From: a phage
Sequence record: PV805630.1
Reading direction: 5' to 3' (one strand)
Length of the DNA: 64,000 nucleotides
Positions within the stretch are counted from its first letter, which is position 1; the number at the start of each line of letters is the position of its first letter. The translations under genes and the position numbers were made by a program. The notes under the pieces are model-generated. The model was not told the DNA's origin and made no database searches. It saw only the letters and a program-made list of their open reading frames with translations. Positions 62,137 through 64,000 of this stretch are shown one piece after another.

Positions 62137-62427
62137 TTGAGAATCTATATGAGAGTCATCGACTCTAAAGACGAATACTCAGAGATAGACCACACCAAAG
62201 CTGGCTTTATGGCTGGCGATATAATCCTTACCCATGACGAAGATACATTCCATGAGTTATCTGGAATGATGCTATTAGAGAACCGTCCTGGTGTTAAAGT
62301 CTTAGAACCACAAGAAACTTACTCTTTAGAAAAGTCTATTCCATCTCTTGTGTTCTTTACAAAATTACCTCATAGTGTCTCCATCAAACGAAGCAAAGAT
62401 AGCGTTCGGATGACGGTGATGATGTGA
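62137..62427 (+). CDS. Small protein, member A of the tandem paralog family
   Basis: TTG start 7 nt after AAGGAG (alternative ATG at 62149). Carries the family motif DIILTHDEDTFHELSGMMLL. Confidence 0.3.
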   Translation: MRIYMRVIDSKDEYSEIDHTKAGFMAGDIILTHDEDTFHELSGMMLLENRPGVKVLEPQETYSLEKSIPSLVFFTKLPHSVSIKRSKDSVRMTVMM

Positions 62428-62576
62428 TTAGTCATACCGCCTAGTAGACAGTGGCGGTACTCGTAAAGAGTTAATAACTTCTACAGTCAGGGTTCCCCGG
62501 CTCCTTTCCTACTCCGTAGGTCTAACGGTACATAAGTACCTAGGGGGGTGAACTGACCCGTGATTGAAAACGGTAA

Positions 62577-62614
62577 GGGGTAGAGTCGAGAGGCTCTACC
62601 CCATTTCTTTTTCT
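62577..62614 (+). terminator. Rho-independent terminator between paralog-array genes A and B
   Basis: Perfect 9-bp stem ggggtagag / ctctacccc followed by atttctttttct. Confidence 0.55.
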
Positions 62615-62628
62615 GGAGGCATGAAATT

Positions 62629-63027
62629 ATGAGCATCTACGCTTTTGATATTGATATTACTGGAGTACTCCGTAAACAGGAACCCTATTACCTTGGGGAA
62701 CCAGAAGTAGTAAGTAAGTTCACTGCCCCGTCACAATCAGTATTCTTACCAGATTGCGAAGAGTCCCATGAAGTAATTGGTTCTCTTTTTTTATCCAACC
62801 TTCAACTTAACACTGTGATATTGTCTGAACCAAGGGTGTATGACCTTACCTATTATGATGGGTTTAACGAGTTCTTCCCTGGTATACGCTTCTATAAGAT
62901 AGACGGTTGGGAATTGATAGCTGACCATAACGTCTTTAATAAAACACTTTCAATTTACTTCAGACCTATCCCTAAAGGAAGGAAAATCAATCATGAAATT
63001 CATAATGACTATCCCCAGTTTTGTTGA
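62629..63027 (+). CDS. Small protein, member B of the tandem paralog family
   Basis: ATG after GGAGG; motif SVFLPDCEESHEVIGSLFLS. Confidence 0.35.
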   Translation: MSIYAFDIDITGVLRKQEPYYLGEPEVVSKFTAPSQSVFLPDCEESHEVIGSLFLSNLQLNTVILSEPRVYDLTYYDGFNEFFPGIRFYKIDGWELIADHNVFNKTLSIYFRPIPKGRKINHEIHNDYPQFC

Positions 63028-63307
63028 GGGGGAATCCATGTATACAACTGACTTCACCTTAGAAGAGGTCATGAATAGCAACTCTCAGCAAGTAATCCTG
63101 GTTCCTACCTTAGAGGATTATCACGAAGTAAGGGGTCAACTCTTCTTAGCAGGCAATGACCGTAAGGTTGTATGTATTATTCCTCCTTCTGTCTATACCA
63201 ACTATAACGCTAATGACCCCATACCCTACATGCTGGTATCAGATAAATACCAATGGGATAGTCGTTATGAGAATGATGAATATCATTACTACTATGTAAG
63301 GAAGTAG
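62993..63307 (+). CDS. Small protein, member C of the tandem paralog family
   Basis: ATG after AAGGAAGGAAA; motif VILVPTLEDYHEVRGQLFLA; overlaps the upstream gene. Confidence 0.35.
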   Translation: MKFIMTIPSFVEGESMYTTDFTLEEVMNSNSQQVILVPTLEDYHEVRGQLFLAGNDRKVVCIIPPSVYTNYNANDPIPYMLVSDKYQWDSRYENDEYHYYYVRK

Positions 63308-63310
63308 GGT

Positions 63311-63631
63311 ATGCACCTGTACTGCCTGATTAGCTATGCCACTACCTGTTATCTATCCCCGTATACAATGGATAATATTCTGGCAGGTAAAAGGGGAGTT
63401 ACCACCATCCTATATGAACCAAGTGAAGAAGCAGAAGTATTCCTAGGTACTTGCTTAATGCTGGGGCAACCTATCCAATTCATTAAGATAGTGGATTCTG
63501 TGGAAATACCAGAGCACACCTGTGTGTACATACTGTCTGATAATGAACCTATGGTAGCTACTACTCTTACAGGTAGACTCATTACCCTATATCCTTCTAC
63601 CCCATATTTATCTAGCGACGAGAGCCTCTAA
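63311..63631 (+). CDS. Small protein, member D of the tandem paralog family
   Basis: Motif TILYEPSEEAEVFLGTCLML. Confidence 0.35.
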   Translation: MHLYCLISYATTCYLSPYTMDNILAGKRGVTTILYEPSEEAEVFLGTCLMLGQPIQFIKIVDSVEIPEHTCVYILSDNEPMVATTLTGRLITLYPSTPYLSSDESL

Positions 63632-63633
63632 TC

Positions 63634-63927
63634 ATGTATGTATATTGGGTAGTATCCCCCTATGATGAAAGGATAGGTACATCCTCCATCAGAATGTTAC
63701 CAGGCACGGACTGGTATAAGTTCGAACCAGGTACAGCAACTATCTATGTGCATCCTGACATTGACTATCACTACATCCAAGGTGAATGCATCATCCTTGG
63801 TAAACGAGCCAAGTTAAGAGAGTGTCTAGATAATTACCGTATCAAGGAGCGAGGAGTATACATCCTAGCCCGTAATTACAAAGCAGCATTGGAGTTACTC
63901 CGGCCTAAGTATTCCCCTCCTATTTAA
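63634..63927 (+). CDS. Small protein, member E of the tandem paralog family
   Basis: Motif TIYVHPDIDYHYIQGECIIL. Confidence 0.35.
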   Translation: MYVYWVVSPYDERIGTSSIRMLPGTDWYKFEPGTATIYVHPDIDYHYIQGECIILGKRAKLRECLDNYRIKERGVYILARNYKAALELLRPKYSPPI

Positions 63928-64000
63928 CTGCTTATAAGTGAGATAATTATAATATTTTTGCATGTCAAAATTGTGATAGCTATGTATGGCTACAGTGGTG

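Noticed and set aside
1-64000. Prophage or integrative element; CRISPR array; rRNA
   Set aside because: No integrase, attachment-site repeats, host-like flanking genes, regularly spaced direct repeats or rRNA-like sequence were seen; the window reads as a lytic N4-like phage genome throughout.

Overview
The window reads as a near-complete genome of an N4-like podovirus (Schitoviridae-type layout), with no rRNA, CRISPR array or integrase. Every call is from reading the supplied ORF translations and the DNA by eye; no database search or folding program was run. Layout: (1) 2-26.7 kb, plus strand: the 3' end of an RNAP II large-subunit gene, then the middle/replication module (Ig-like decoration protein, MoxR-like ATPase plus VWA/HExxH partner, dCTP deaminase, ThyX, rIIA/rIIB-like pair, helicase, a family-A DNA polymerase split by an HNH endonuclease gene, Cas4-like nuclease, primase-like protein, SSB-like protein, RuvC-like resolvase). 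(2) 26.76-28.5 kb: an ORF-poor, hairpin-rich region. (3) 28.5-62.0 kb, minus strand: the late module in N4 order (giant ~3750-aa virion RNA polymerase, virion proteins, major capsid, portal, lysis cassette, two tail fibre/spike genes, large terminase). (4) 62.1-63.9 kb, plus strand: five tandem paralogous small genes. Most worth follow-up: the split DNA polymerase, the five-gene paralog array, the structured region with a duplicated tRNA T-arm-like motif, and the tail-fibre module that differs from N4. Many track ORFs begin at GTG/TTG; where an in-frame ATG with a Shine-Dalgarno sits downstream I report that start. Exact boundaries remain approximate.
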